From positions 107,315 to 171,314 of the forward strand of contig NIVC01002470.1 of assembly GCA_002269645.1 (NCBI GenBank): a stretch of 64,000 nucleotides of DNA, read 5' to 3'. This document shows, piece by piece, positions 1 to 30,193 of this stretch. Each line of letters opens with the position of its first letter. Positions within the stretch are counted from its first letter, which is position 1. A model generated the notes under the pieces. That model did no database searches and was not told the DNA's origin. It worked only from the letters and a program-made list of their open reading frames with translations. The translations under genes and the position numbers were made by a program. The DNA comes from Macrostomum lignano (taxonomy: Eukaryota).

Positions 1-122
1 GATCTAGTGAGGACCATTGGGATCTAGTGAGGACCATTGGGATCTAGTGAGGACCATTGGGATCTAGTGAGGACCATTGGGATCTAGTGAGGACCATTGG
101 GATCTAGTGAGGACCATTGGGA
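1..122. repeat. 20-bp tandem repeat (GATCTAGTGAGGACCATTGG)n, truncated by window edge
   Basis: About 6 identical copies visible; probably FAN1 intron. Confidence 0.95.
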
Positions 123-169
123 TCTATCAATAATGGATGAAACACATTGAAAATCGATAGTACCTGTTG

Positions 170-1465
170 TATTGGGAATGAATGCGATCAATTGGGAATG
201 AATGGGATCAATTGGGAATGAATGGGATCAATTGGAAATGAATGGGATCAATTGGGAATGAATGGGATCAATTGGGAATGAATGGGATCAATTGGAAATG
301 AATGGTATCAACTGGGAATGAATGGGATCAATTGGGAATGAATGGTATCAACTGGGAATGAATGGGATCAATTGGGAATGAATGGTATCAACTGGGAATG
401 AATGGGATCAATTGGGAATGAATGGTATCAACTGGGAATGAATGGGATCAATTGGGAATGAATGGTATCAACTGGGAATGAATGGGATCAATTGGGAATG
501 AATGGTATCAACTGGGAATGAATGGGATCTATTGGGAATGAATGGTATCAACTGGGAATGAATGGGATCAATTGGGAATGAATGGTATCAACTGGGAATG
601 AATGGGATCTATTGGGAATGAATGGTATCAACTGGGAATGAATGGGATCTATTGGGAATGAATGGTATCAACTGGGAATGAATGGGATCAATCGGGAATG
701 AATGGGATCAACTGGGAATGAATGGGATCAATCGGGAATGAATGGGATCAACTGGGAATGAATGGGATCAATCGGGAATGAATGGGATCAGTTGGGAATG
801 AATGGGATCAATTGGAAATGAATGGGATCAATTGGGAATGAATGGGATCAATCGGGAATGAATGGGATCAGTTGGGAATGAATGAGATCAATGGGGAATG
901 AATGGGATCAACTGGGAATGAATGGGATCAATTGGGAATGAATGGTATCAACTGGGAATGAATGGGATCTATTGGGAATGAATGGTATCAACTGGGAATG
1001 AATGGGATCTATTGGGAATGAATGGTATCAACTGGGAATGAATGGGATCAATCGGGAATGAATGGGATCAACTGGGAATGAATGGGATCAATCGGGAATG
1101 AATGGGATCAACTGGGAATGAATGGGATCAATCGGGAATGAATGGGATCAGTTGGGAATGAATGGGATCAATTGGAAATGAATGGGATCAATTGGGAATG
1201 AATGGGATCAATCGGGAATGAATGGGATCAGTTGGGAATGAATGAGATCAATGGGGAATGAATGGGATCAATTGGGAATGAATGAGATCTATTGGGAATG
1301 AATGGGATCAATTGGGAATGAATGGGATCAATTGGAAATGAATGGGATCAACTGGGAATGAATGGGATCAAATGGGAATGAATGGGATCAACTGGAAATG
1401 AATGGGATCAATTGGGAATGAATGAGATCAATCAGGAACGAATGGGATCAATTAGGAATGAATGG
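170..1465. repeat. 20-bp minisatellite (AATGGGATCAATTGGGAATG)n in FAN1 intron
   Basis: About 64 near-identical units. Confidence 0.95.
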
Positions 1466-1520
1466 GGTCAAGTGGAGACCTGTTGCAAAGTTCTCATGCT
1501 GCTCTCAAATCAGTCCACAC

Positions 1521-2102
1521 CTGGAACACGTTAGCGGCCTCCGTATCGTGCAGCTCGATGTGGAACGCCAGAAAGGCGGCCTCCAGCAGGTCGGCAGCCG
1601 CCGGTCGCAGCCGCCACGCCGGCCCGATGGCGGCCAGGACGGCGCGGCGCACCCGGCATGCGGCGGCGGGCCGCGGCGTTGAGCAGAAAGCCCCGCCAGA
1701 CAGCGAGTTGGCGCTGGCCCGCAGCAGTGTCCGGGTGAGGCCGTCGCGCCGCCGCCCGGCCCCGACGAGGCTGCTGGCGACGCCGCCGCCGAGCCGCTTG
1801 GCAACGTCGATCAGCTCCGGGCAGCTGCACAGCGACAGCAGCTCAGCGAGCTCCGGCGCCGGCGACGCTTCGGCGAGGCTCTCGACCAGGCCGAGCTCGG
1901 CGAGACCCGCGGCAGCCAGCTCTGGCGGCGCGCCGAGCTCCGGGTAGCGCAGCCGGCCGGGCCGGTGGAAGCGGCGCGCCCGGCACAGCAGGCGGGCCAG
2001 CAAGCGCAGCTCCGGCCTCTCCGGCGAAAGCCGAGCCGCGGCGGCCAGCAGGTGGCGCTGCTCAGGCGAGAACAAGAAGGCCAGGTCGGCGTCCTCCGAC
2101 AC
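1521..2102 (-). CDS. FAN1: FAN1 coding exon 2 (winged-helix/SAP region)
   Basis: ORF 1494..2102 bounded by AG/GT sites. Confidence 0.82.
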
Positions 2103-2163
2103 CTGGGGACAGAGGATTGGTGTGGCTTGGTCAGATACTATGTCTGCCTTCCGTCTGCCTTCG

Positions 2164-2220
<57 letters not shown>

Positions 2221-3782
2221 TAGTGTCTGTCTGTCTGTCTTAGTGTCTGTCTGTCTGTCTTAGTGTCTGTCTGTCTGTCTGTCTGTCCGTCTTAGTGCAT
2301 TAGTTCTTTAGTTTCATGGTGCCTTAAGGCTTGTGCGACATCAAAGTAACTATGAAACTATATAACTGATGTAAAAAAAGTAATGGGAATTGATGTACAA
2401 GTTCTGTGAAGACACGAGACTTAGCCTGCTTTAGTGATGTTGTTGAAAGATTATTTTAGCTTCCTACTGCCTCAGTGGTTTCATGCTTTGTCTTAGTATT
2501 TTTGTGTCTGTACCTGTCTCCTAGGTCTTGGTGTCTGCCTGCCGCACTATGCAGCTCTCCTATCCATCCTATTCCCCTCCTTTCTCCTCCCACAACAAAA
2601 GCGGGCCGCTTATTGATCAGTGGAGCAGAAGGTGATGAAGTGGGCAGGCATCTCAGTCCGCCATTCAGTTGCAGCGGAAACGGATGGCGAGGCCACTCCA
2701 AACCAACCAAGCCCAAGCAAAAGTTGCTCACACCAGCTTTTAGCCATGTTTAAAGAGATTTTCAAAAAATTACAAAACAGCTCAGAGCAGTCTCGAACTC
2801 GAACTCGCTCTCGAGCCGATATTTATAGATGCATGCGTGAGCCAGCGCTGCAGGGCAGGCACAAATCACAGGCATGCAGATCCATCAGCACCCGGACTCG
2901 TGCGTGTTGCACAAATCGCAGATTGAAAGCTAACTATTTAGCACACACTTCATCCGGCCAGCCAATGACTAAAGGACAATGACTCAGGGCCAATGACTAA
3001 AGGACAATGAGTCAGAGACAATGACTAAAGAACAATGAGTCAGGGCCAATGACTAAAGGACAATGACTGAAGGGCAATGAATAAAGGACAATGACTAAAG
3101 GACAATGACTAAAGGACAATGAGTCAGGGAAAATGACTAAAGGACAATGACTAAAGGACAATGAGTCAGGGAAAATGACTAAAGGACAATAACTAAAGGA
3201 CAATGACTCAGGGCCAATGACTAAAGGACAATGAGTCAGAGACAATGACTAAAGGACAATGAGTCAGGGCCAATGACTAAAGGACGATGAGTCAGGGCCA
3301 ATGACTAAAGGACAATGACTCAGGGCCAATGATTCAGGGACGACTCAGGGCCAATGACTCACCGTGGACACAATGTGAGCAAACCACCTGGCATAGTAGG
3401 GCTGCTCAACAGCATCCGCCGCCGTGGAGTCCCTCGTCGCTTCGTCATCTTCATCAGCCGCCGCATCCACCTCAGCCTCCGCTTTCCTCCGCTGCTCAAT
3501 GCTTCCGCTAGCGAAGTGATCCAGATCGTCGAATTCGAGGCTTCTCTTGCGACGGTTTTCTTTCTGCTTCTGCTGAGGCCGATTCTTCTTTTGGGAAGCA
3601 GACTCTGTCTCTCCACCGCCGCCGCAGCCGGCACTCTTGGGGCCGAAGAAGTCGAACAAGCTGCTCTGCCGGCTGGGCTGCTTCTTCGGCGGTGACAGGG
3701 TGCAGCCAACGATCTGGCAGTCGCTGTCGCTGTCATCTCCGTCGTCAGCTGTTAATACCGGCGGCGCCTTTGATGTCGCCAT
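1521..3782 (-). CDS. FAN1: Fanconi-associated nuclease 1 (FAN1), first two coding exons (3782-3363, 2102-1521); the gene continues beyond the window start
   Basis: EQPYYARWFAHIVSTV, LARLLCRARRFHRPGRLRYPEL and SAP-like LSLCSCPELIDVAKRLG resemble FAN1 motifs (PYYLRSF, YVRLFQRK, LLSAPELKSLAK). Phase-0 splice sites: ACG|GTGAGT at 3363, CCCCAG|GTG at 2102, CAG|GTGTGG at 1521. Confidence 0.82.
2160..2290. repeat. (TCTG)n microsatellite
   Basis: Direct reading. Confidence 0.95.
2965..3360. repeat. CAATGACT(A/C)A-based composite minisatellite abutting the FAN1 exon 1 donor
   Basis: Repeated CAATGACTAAAGGA / CAATGAGTCAGGG units. Confidence 0.9.
3363..3782 (-). CDS. FAN1: FAN1 coding exon 1
   Basis: ATG at 3782 (MATSKAPP); donor GTGAGT after 3363. 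Confidence 0.78.
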
Positions 3783-4473
3783 GTCTTGTTTGATGTTTGC
3801 CGCCCGAAAAATTGCGCGCAAAAACTATTTTTGTTAGTGTTTTTGCGACGCTGGCGCTAAAGCGACATCAAGCAGAAATGCGATAGGCGCTCATATAATC
3901 AACTACTTTCAGTAGTGTAGATGCCTATCGCTGGACCGATAAACTACCGATAAATAACAAAGCATTGACAAGACGCACAGTGAAAATACTGGGGAGTTTA
4001 TTTAAACATGCTGAACATGCTGGCTAATGCAATTACAACTTCGTATGCATGGGCGGAGACAAAAGCCGAAAAAAACAGCGGAAGCTGAGAGTTGACAGAA
4101 ATTTAAGCATTGGAGAATAATAAATATAATAAGCGATCAAAAGCGAGCTCCCATTGTCTGTTGTCAGATAATTCCAAGAGGATTAGGACAGGTTAAACAA
4201 AACGTTGCGGCGGTTAATTGCAATTCGCAATGGGAAGTTTATACCAGTAGGGTGACAATAGAATACCATAGGGCACTGCAATACTTTCTTAACACCTCGG
4301 GAAGACGCGATGTTGCTTTTGCTTTTAGAAGCAATAATTAGATAGACAGATTGTCAGGAAAATGGCACAGGTTGCTATTCAAATTCTACAAGCAAACTTA
4401 GGGAAGCGCTGCACCGCAAACAGCTAAGATAAAAATCAGCCTCTACAATAACGCAAAGCATCGTCCAAATACT

Positions 4474-22146
<17,673 letters not shown>

Positions 22147-22259
22147 CGCGCTGCGATTCCGTCAGGGCGGCGCTGGTGGCTGCTGCCGCTGTGCTAGCAG
22201 TAGCATGAAAGCATAACAGCAGCCTGATCAACAAAGACAACAAATAAGAAGTTCTTGCT

Positions 22260-25000
22260 TACTACCAAGTCTATACCCTGTAGATTTTGCCATACATTCA
22301 CACGGTTGCAAAGAACGCCTACTGGAGATCCAATGGAATATGCTGCACCCATATTTGATCTAGTAGAAATTTGTGACAGAGTAACACAGAAAGAAAAATT
22401 TAAATAATATAGTAAATTTCTATTTTAGATTTAACAAACAAACAAAAAACAAGCTAGAACAACGAACATGAACATAGCCTATATATTCAGTTTCAATGCT
22501 TTGATGTTGCTTGGGACTCTATTTCTCTGGAATGACTGAATGACATTTGTTAGTTTGCAAACTACACTTAATTCTATTTACCTAAATTGCACTATGATCT
22601 CCTCTACATAGTTTTTCCATTGAGGAGATCATAAAATGAAATAGACATCTTCCTCACTTTTGTCCCACGCTTGTACAATCATTTTCATACAATCTCCCCA
22701 ATTAAATGATTGCAGAATGAAAGTGATTAGTGAATATACCTGTTTAGGCTTCATGTGTAAAGATATTAGCTCAAATCTAATACCTGCTTTCTGTTTTGTT
22801 TGTTTTTCTGCATGTTTCAGTTTACTATGTTCAATTTTTTCTATTTTCATGCTATGATCCCTTAAATTATAATTTGACTATTGATATAATTAATGACCTA
22901 AATAGATATCTCACTTTTGTCCTACAATCCTACAATCATTTTCATATAACCTCCCCATTTAAATGATCACAGAATGAAAAATGAATATATGGGCTCCAAT
23001 TGTAAAGATGTAAGTCAAATCTAGTATAGGCCTTCCTCAATGATCTAACTTAATTTTAAAGATTGTTACCATTTTTACTAGGGATTATATAGCAAAAGCC
23101 CCAACTGTCATAGGGACAATGGTAGGGGATTGCAAGATAAAATAATATTAACAAATTAGAAAAAAAGTAATTAATTCTTTTTGAATACAAAAAAATATTT
23201 ACATTCTATAAACAAAATAATAGAAATATGATTTTCCCTATGCCATTTAATAATTATGTAAAATTTTGCTGGTTACTTGATACAAAAATAATATAATTAT
23301 TAATTATAATAATGTACAATTAAAGTACTTAATTAAAAGTATTTAATCAAATTAATAATTAAGTACAATAAAATGCTATTATGATTATTATTACAAGAAC
23401 CATTTTCCAATTAAATTATTAAGTTCAAGTTATAAATAAAAAATATAAGATGACATAATTTATTTCTAAACTTTGGTTTTACTTTTAACCTAAGATTTTA
23501 ATTCTATAACATTTAGAATTTTAAAGAGGTGCAATTAAAGGATCAGAATACATCCTTGATAAAAATTCAAGATACCAAAATAATAACTACACAAATGGGA
23601 AAATGGCATTGATAATCATTTTGTTTATTTGCAATACAGTTGCCACTCTTTTGTTTGTCTACAAAAATGATATAAATTAAATCATTTGAGATGGTGCGTT
23701 AATAATAGTATAATACTATATAATAGTTCTAATAGTTTACTCATTTTTTGTTTCTTAGAAAACTATTTTGAATCTGCACTAAAATAAATATTTTATCCTT
23801 TGTTTAAATGTTATGAGTTATAAAAATATTTTTTGCAATTATTATTAGTTTGAAACAATAAGAAATCGTAGTATAAATAGGAGCCTAGAAGAGGCCAAGA
23901 AAAATAAATTGTGTTAACTTGTTTCCTTCGTGTTATAGTTCTGCAAGCTAAATAACTTGCTCTGAATATATTTGTTCCTATATTAAATTGCTATATTGCA
24001 GTATTCAAAAGCTTTACTCATTTTCTAGAGTATTAAGCCCCTTATTGGGAGTATCAGAAACTGCTAAGAGTGAGAATTGCCTCAGGGCAAGAAAGCACTA
24101 TAGAGTAGTAAGATTGCCTCAGGGCAGGAAAATTGCCTCAAGGCAAGGAAAATGCATAAGGCTGTGACACTAATCCCAAGAACGCCCAGGACTGGAAGAT
24201 AGTAGGAATAGATAATGCCATTAGACTGCTCAGGCCAAAGAATATAGTGAATATACAAATGCTACCAATAAGATAAGTAGATGCTACCAATATAGAAGTA
24301 GATAGAGAAGTAGTCACGCTACCAAAATTATAAGTACATTGATACAAAAGTACATTAATTAATAGAGGGAAGTTTAACCCTGCAACCACTTTGGTGGCCA
24401 CTTTAGGAAACCAGAAAATAGGAATTAGAATAGCCCTACAACTGCTGGTAATTAGGGATATTATTATTAAAGAAAGTACCCTACAATACAACACATTTTG
24501 TCTAAGCAAAATATTAAATTTTTTAAATTTATTTTTATAAACATTTTTTTTTCTGCTAGCAGATTAATGTAGCATAAAAATGACTGCACACTGACCCTAT
24601 TAGCATTAGTAGGGCTAAGTAGGCCTAAACAATTTTACAAAACTAAATAAAGTATTAAAGTATGATTTTATATAAAATATCTTAGTCTAATCAACTATTT
24701 TTGACAGAGTGCATGAATTTTTAAAATTACTATAACTTTTTTTATATCCAAAGAATCCCAAAAAGTATAAAATTATTAATGCTTCAAATAAAAAACTAAC
24801 TAAAAATATGGAACTTTAATAAACTTAAATTAAATGGTATTAGCATCCAGTTTGGAGAATGGGTGCCAATTTGGCATCTGGGCTCCAAATTCAGGATGCA
24901 AAAGTTGATGTGTCATGACATGACATTTTTCAGCGAAAACCTTAGAAGAAATGAAATTAAAAAAGGTCAATACTCAAAATAGTTTCACTAATAAAATATA
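22260..25000. other. AT-rich island of unknown origin
   Basis: Visibly much more AT-rich than its flanks; internal duplication 22652-22722 vs 22910-22980. Confidence 0.55.
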
Positions 25001-25757
25001 AATGTGTGAGTTTAAACCCTGTTCTTCTTGACTTTAGATTCAGTCGAACGTTATTATATTAAAGAAGAAACTGCCTAATTTAAAACGATGATTTTTAGAA
25101 TCTGAAATATATAATTTCATATTTTGATTATCAACTATAAGTATTCAAAGCGTGTCGCGCATGTTGAAATTGACTTCTCGCACATCAAAAATTGGAAGTC
25201 AGTTTTCTTAGAATCGCGTTTCAAAAAGTAGTACGCAAAAATACCGCGGCAACAAACGATATAATGGACTCGTTTTTTTAAAGTGATTTTAACCGGATTC
25301 AAATTTATCAGAAGCAGTCACTCCTTGATTATAGTCTTTCCAAGTCAGTTATATTTTGCTGTTCAATATTAATGGATGACCCTAAGTACATGTATCGCGA
25401 GTGGTAGTTGATTTTAAGCTCATTGTAGAAATTGTTTTTAATCCATTCAATTTATGAGCTTATAGGCTGTACCTTTCGCCATTCTTGCTGAATAAAATTG
25501 ATCCGTATTCTCTGTGATATTAGGCTCTTTTAACCAGATCGAAGACAGAATTGTACAGCAATTCTTATGAAAATGAGAAGACAAAATCTTGCCTACGTCC
25601 ATTAAATGAACGACCATTGGAAAATTTATTTAATGAGAATGATAAGAAAACAATAGAGCATATTTAGGATCAGGATCATTTATCACGGATGCAATTCATT
25701 TCGCATTTACAGCAACTTAGAAAAATCCCGTATAATTAATTTCGCATGTATAATATA

Positions 25758-25982
25758 TGTAGCATGCGCAGACAGGCAGTTCGGGCACCTAGTTTGCACT
25801 CTGTGACCCCCACCCAGCCTATCCACTTCCCTCTGCTCGAGCACATCCCAACGCGCACTCAATGAACCGGAAATCTGTGTTCTACCAGACAATAAATATA
25901 CAGGCACAGCCACATTCTATTTCTCCACCTTTTTCAGTGGCTAACTAACACTCGCAATAACCAGCCAGAGTTGCTCGCTACA
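25758..25982 (+). repeat. 5' LTR of Gypsy element 1
   Basis: TG...CA with 6-bp inverted termini TGTAGC/GCTACA; internal AATAAA; followed by TTGGCG PBS. Confidence 0.75.
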
Positions 25983-26005
25983 TTGGCGTCGCAAGCCAGA
26001 ACCCA

Positions 26006-29000
26006 ATGGCGCTACTATACAGCTACAGCCGCCATCCGCATTCAGCATCAGTGCGGACCCCCACACCGTCACAGCCGGAGCAGCAAACGCGCTCGACTCA
26101 CTCATGGCGGCGCTAACTCAGCACTTTCAAGGACGCGACAATGTGGTGTTCATCCGGTACCAATTCCGCCAGTGCACGCAGCTGGACGAGGAAGCCATCG
26201 ACAGCTGGTACAACCGACTGTGCAACGCGGCTGAGGCCTGCCAGTTTTGCGAGCTGTGTTAGTCCCTCATCCGCGACCAGATCGTCGCCTGCTGCCGCAG
26301 CGAATCCCTCAGAAAGCGGCTGCTCAACGGGCCCAACATCAGCCTCCCCGAGGCCCTACAGCTGGCAAGAACAAACGAAGCAGCCAGCCAGCAAGCGGCA
26401 ATCATGGAGCGCTCGGCAGCCGGACCAGCTGAAGAAGTGCATGCGGCTTGCGACAAGCACCCCGCCAGGTGCCCGCCAGCCAGCCCGGCCGACAAATGCC
26501 TGAGGTGTGGAGAGCCCGGCCACTGCACATGCAACTGGGCCCAAGGCAAGCGCTGCAGCAACTGCGGAAAGCTGCACCACCTGGCGAAGGCGTGCCTAAG
26601 CGGCCGCGCACGCATCAACATGGCAGAGCCTGAGCCAGAGGAACCAGCAGTGGCGCACCTGGCGGAGGCGGTATTCTCCAGCCTCGACCCCAGCCGCAAA
26701 AGCGGCACCTTCAAAGCGGTCATCAACGGCTCGAACGTACCCGTCCTGATCGACAGTGGCGCGAGCTGCAACGTGCTCAGCCAGCGGACCCTTCGTCTAA
26801 CGGGAGCACCCCAGAGGGCGCTTCAGCCCACGCACACAAGGGTCTATCCTCTAGGAGCAGCGAGGCCCCTGACACCCGCCGGCCAGATCACTCTGCACAC
26901 GAAGATCAACGGCAACTCGGAGAGAGTGCGCTTCATCGTCATCAGAGAAGACTGCATCACAATTCTAGGTCGCGAAACAAGCACGCAGATTGGGATGCTG
27001 AGGGTCGGACCGCAGGCCGAGACAGCTCTCACCGCCGGACTGACACTAACAGTCAACGACCAGCACCTTCCGCAAGACCTGCGACTGTCATCGATCATGA
27101 AGGAGTTCAGCGACAGGTTTCAAGGAATCGGCTGCATCAAGGGCGTCTCAGTCAGCATCCAGCTGAAGGAAGAAGCAGTGCCTGTCTGCCACCCTCCGTC
27201 TCGAGTTCCGGTGCATCTTCGAACCACCGTGGAAAAGGAGCTGAAGGACCAGCTAGCAGCCGGCATCCTGGAGCGAGTGACGGGGCCCAGCGCTTGGAGT
27301 TCACGCATGGTGGTCGTTCCAAAGGCCTCGCCAGGCGAGATCCGCATCACGCAGGACCTGAGGGACGTGAATAAGTACGTCATCCCAGAAAAACAGCTAA
27401 TACCGACATTCGAAGAAGTCACCGACGAGATGGCCGGCTCCACCTATTTCTCCGAACTAGACGTTGCCAAGGCCTTCCACCAGATCGAGGTCAGCGAGGA
27501 GTCCTGGCAGCTGCTCACTTTCTCAACGCCTCTGGGTCTGCTCCGCCTCAAGAGCCTTTGCATGGGATTTACTCCAGCATCCGAAATCCTACAGCGCGTC
27601 ATGACATCTATCCTGAGCGGTTTGAGAGGCGTGCGGTGGGTCCACGACGACATCATTATCTTCGCCAGCACCATAAAGGAGCACAACGAGAGGCTGCGCA
27701 ACTGCCTTGACAGGCTGCGTCAACACAACGTGACTCTGAACCCCCGCAAATGCCGCATTGCAACCCAGCAGGCCGACAGAGAGGGAGGCGCTGGTCGTCA
27801 AATTCGGCTGCAAGTTCCACCACTACCTTAGCGTCTGCCCAAAGTTCAAGGTCATCACCGACCACAAGCCGCTGGTCAGCCTGCTCAGCCCCGGCTCGGG
27901 GCTCCCGCCGCGGATCGAGCGCATGGCACTTCGGCTGCAGGATCTCCACTTCGAATTCACCTACCAGCCGGGCGCAGACAACCCGGCAGATGTCCTGAGC
28001 CGCCAGCCACGTCCAACACCGCCGAACAACGAGGGCGAGGACCTCGACACGGCCTACATCGCATTGACAGCACAGGCAGCAGCGCCGAACAGCATCAGGC
28101 TCGACACGATCAAGGTTGCCGCCGCAGGTGACAAGGCGATCCAAGCCGCCGTATCCAGGCTCCGGTCTCATCGGTGGCAACTCGATAGCCACGACACGCG
28201 CAGCCTGCACGGCCTGCGGCACGAGCTCTCACAACACGACGGACTCCTGCTCAAAGGGCACCAAATCGTCGTTCCCGCCATTCTGAGCTACCGCTGCCTG
28301 CAGCTGGCGCACCAAGGCCACCTGGATGTCCAGAAAACAATGGCACGCCTCCAGACAAAGGTCTGGTGGCCCTCAATGCGGGCCTCCGTCGAGAACTTTG
28401 TAAACTCCTGCCTCAGCTGCAAGGCCTGCTCGAATACAGCCGAACTGAAGGCAGCCCCACTCCAGCCGACTAAGCTGGAGTGGGGGCCGTAGCTAGAGCT
28501 GGGCCTGGACTTCCTGGGACCGATCAGAGGCCACATGCTGCTGGTGTGCACCGACTACTTTTCACGTTTCCCACTGGTACAGACGATGTCGGGGTCGACA
28601 GCGGCAGCTCCGGTCATCCGAACCCTCCGCCAGTGGTTCAGCATATTCAGCCAGCCAGTCAAGATCACCACTGACAACGGCCCGCCATTCTCGGCCGCAG
28701 AATTCAACGCCTTCTTGAGCAGCCAGCGCGTCCACTACCATCGGACTACGCCGTTGCATCCCCAAGCCAAGGGACTCGTAGAGAGATGCAACCGAGGCCT
28801 CAATAAGGCAATCAGAGCGGCGATCCTGGAAGGCAGCGACTGGCAGGTGGCACTGGACGACTACCTAGCTGCATACCGGCGAACACCGCACGCAGCAACC
28901 GGCATGGCCTCAGCCGACCTGCTATTCGGCCGACAGCTCAACGACACGATCCCCAGCTTGCGCCACTCCCGTCCGGTTGATGCCAGGCGACGGACCGTCC

Positions 29001-29308
29001 GCGACCACGACTTCAGGGCCAAGTAGCGGATGAAGGCCTTCGCCGACAGCAAGAGGGGCGCCACCGACCACCAGATCACCGAAGGCGACCGCTTACTCCG
29101 CCGGCTCACCAACCGCAGCAAGACCGACCCCTTCTTTGAGGTCTCGCCATGGACTGTGACAAAAGTCCACGGCAACACCCTGCAGCTCCAGAGGGGCGGC
29201 CAGAGGTGCTCCAGGCACGCCACCCACGTCAAGCGAGTCTCCCAGGCGAGTGGCCGAGTGGCCCCGGGAAACGCGACAGCGGACAGAACAGCCGGCCGGA
29301 TGAACTAA
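26006..29308 (+). pseudogene. Disrupted gag-pol of Gypsy element 1
   Basis: In-frame TAG in gag (about 26248), apparent deletion between RT and RNase H, stops and frameshifts at about 28490 and 29024. Confidence 0.88.
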
Positions 29309-29390
29309 CCGGCCTGCCCGAGCCAACAGGCGACCAGGACGTCCCACTCGCCAACAGGCCGCACCCCCGACAGGCAGAAGTCGCGTTAGA

Positions 29391-30099
29391 TGATGGCGGC
29401 TCGTCTAGCGCGATGTCATCTTCTTGCAGAAGACGCTGCTGAATGAGCTTGCTGCGCAATCCGCAAACAAACTTATCTCTGATAGCTTCATTCAGAAAGG
29501 CCCCAAACATACTGGTTGCAGCCAGCTTCCTTAAATTTGCTATATTTAAGGATACTCTGAGATTACTTTGCCCTCTTGTTGATTTCGATTGTAGAAATTG
29601 TAACGCTCTACAACTTTCTTTGGCGTCGGTGCGAAATAGTTTCTTAGCGCCGTTATCAGCTCGTCATAAGACTTACTTTTCGGGAGGTCTGGAGACAGCA
29701 GATCTCGCAGCAGGCAGTAGCAATCTTCACCCACCACTGTGATGAGCTCAGCCTTCTTTATGTTTTCATCGATGATGGCTTTGGCAATGAAATATTGCTC
29801 CAACCGTTCTTCGTACACCGACCATCTCTCTGGTCTTACCGTATCGAATGCACTGATTCTTGAAGCGGTGTTGGGTGCGGCAGTCATATTTTCGTCGCCA
29901 ATGTAGCATCCGGTTTCAGTAATAAATTCCAGGAATGCTCTTTAGAGTTTGCGCGAGAGTATATTTCTTTCTCCTTTTCCCTTTTTTATTTACTTCAAGG
30001 CAGCTCGCGGCTTAGTACTTAAAAGAAAGTGTCAGAGCAGAATCATAACAAAATAAGTCTATGGCAGAAAAGAGAGACTATAGAGGATCATATACCACA
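29391..30099 (-). mobile_element. Second Ty3/Gypsy fragment: 5' LTR (about 29902-30099), PBS, frameshifted gag N-terminus
   Basis: ...GCTACA|TTGGCGACG PBS then ATG at 29887; WSVYEERLEQYF...ERYNFYNRNQQEG and AIRDKFVCGLRS...QRLL are Gypsy gag motifs. Confidence 0.88.
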
Positions 30100-30193
30100 A
30101 CTGTACATGTATAGCACCTGTAGTAACGCGTGCGATTTTCATTTGAAAAAAGTTGAGCTGGTGGTTATATAATAGCCACTATATTATTGCAGC

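Larger units (their letters stand above)
25758..29390 (+). mobile_element. Decayed Ty3/Gypsy LTR retrotransposon (5' LTR, PBS, gag-pol; no 3' LTR)
   Basis: LTR TGTAGC...GCTACA; PBS TTGGCGTCG; gag with two CCHC-like knuckles; protease LIDSGASCN; RT WVHDDIII; RNase H KVITDHKPL; integrase HHCC and TDNGPPF/GLVERCN in Gypsy order. Confidence 0.93.

Noticed and set aside
22260-25000. NUMT (mitochondrial insertion) explanation for the AT-rich island
   Set aside because: No recognisable cox/nad/cob/atp peptide, rRNA or mt-tRNA motif; cannot be excluded without BLAST
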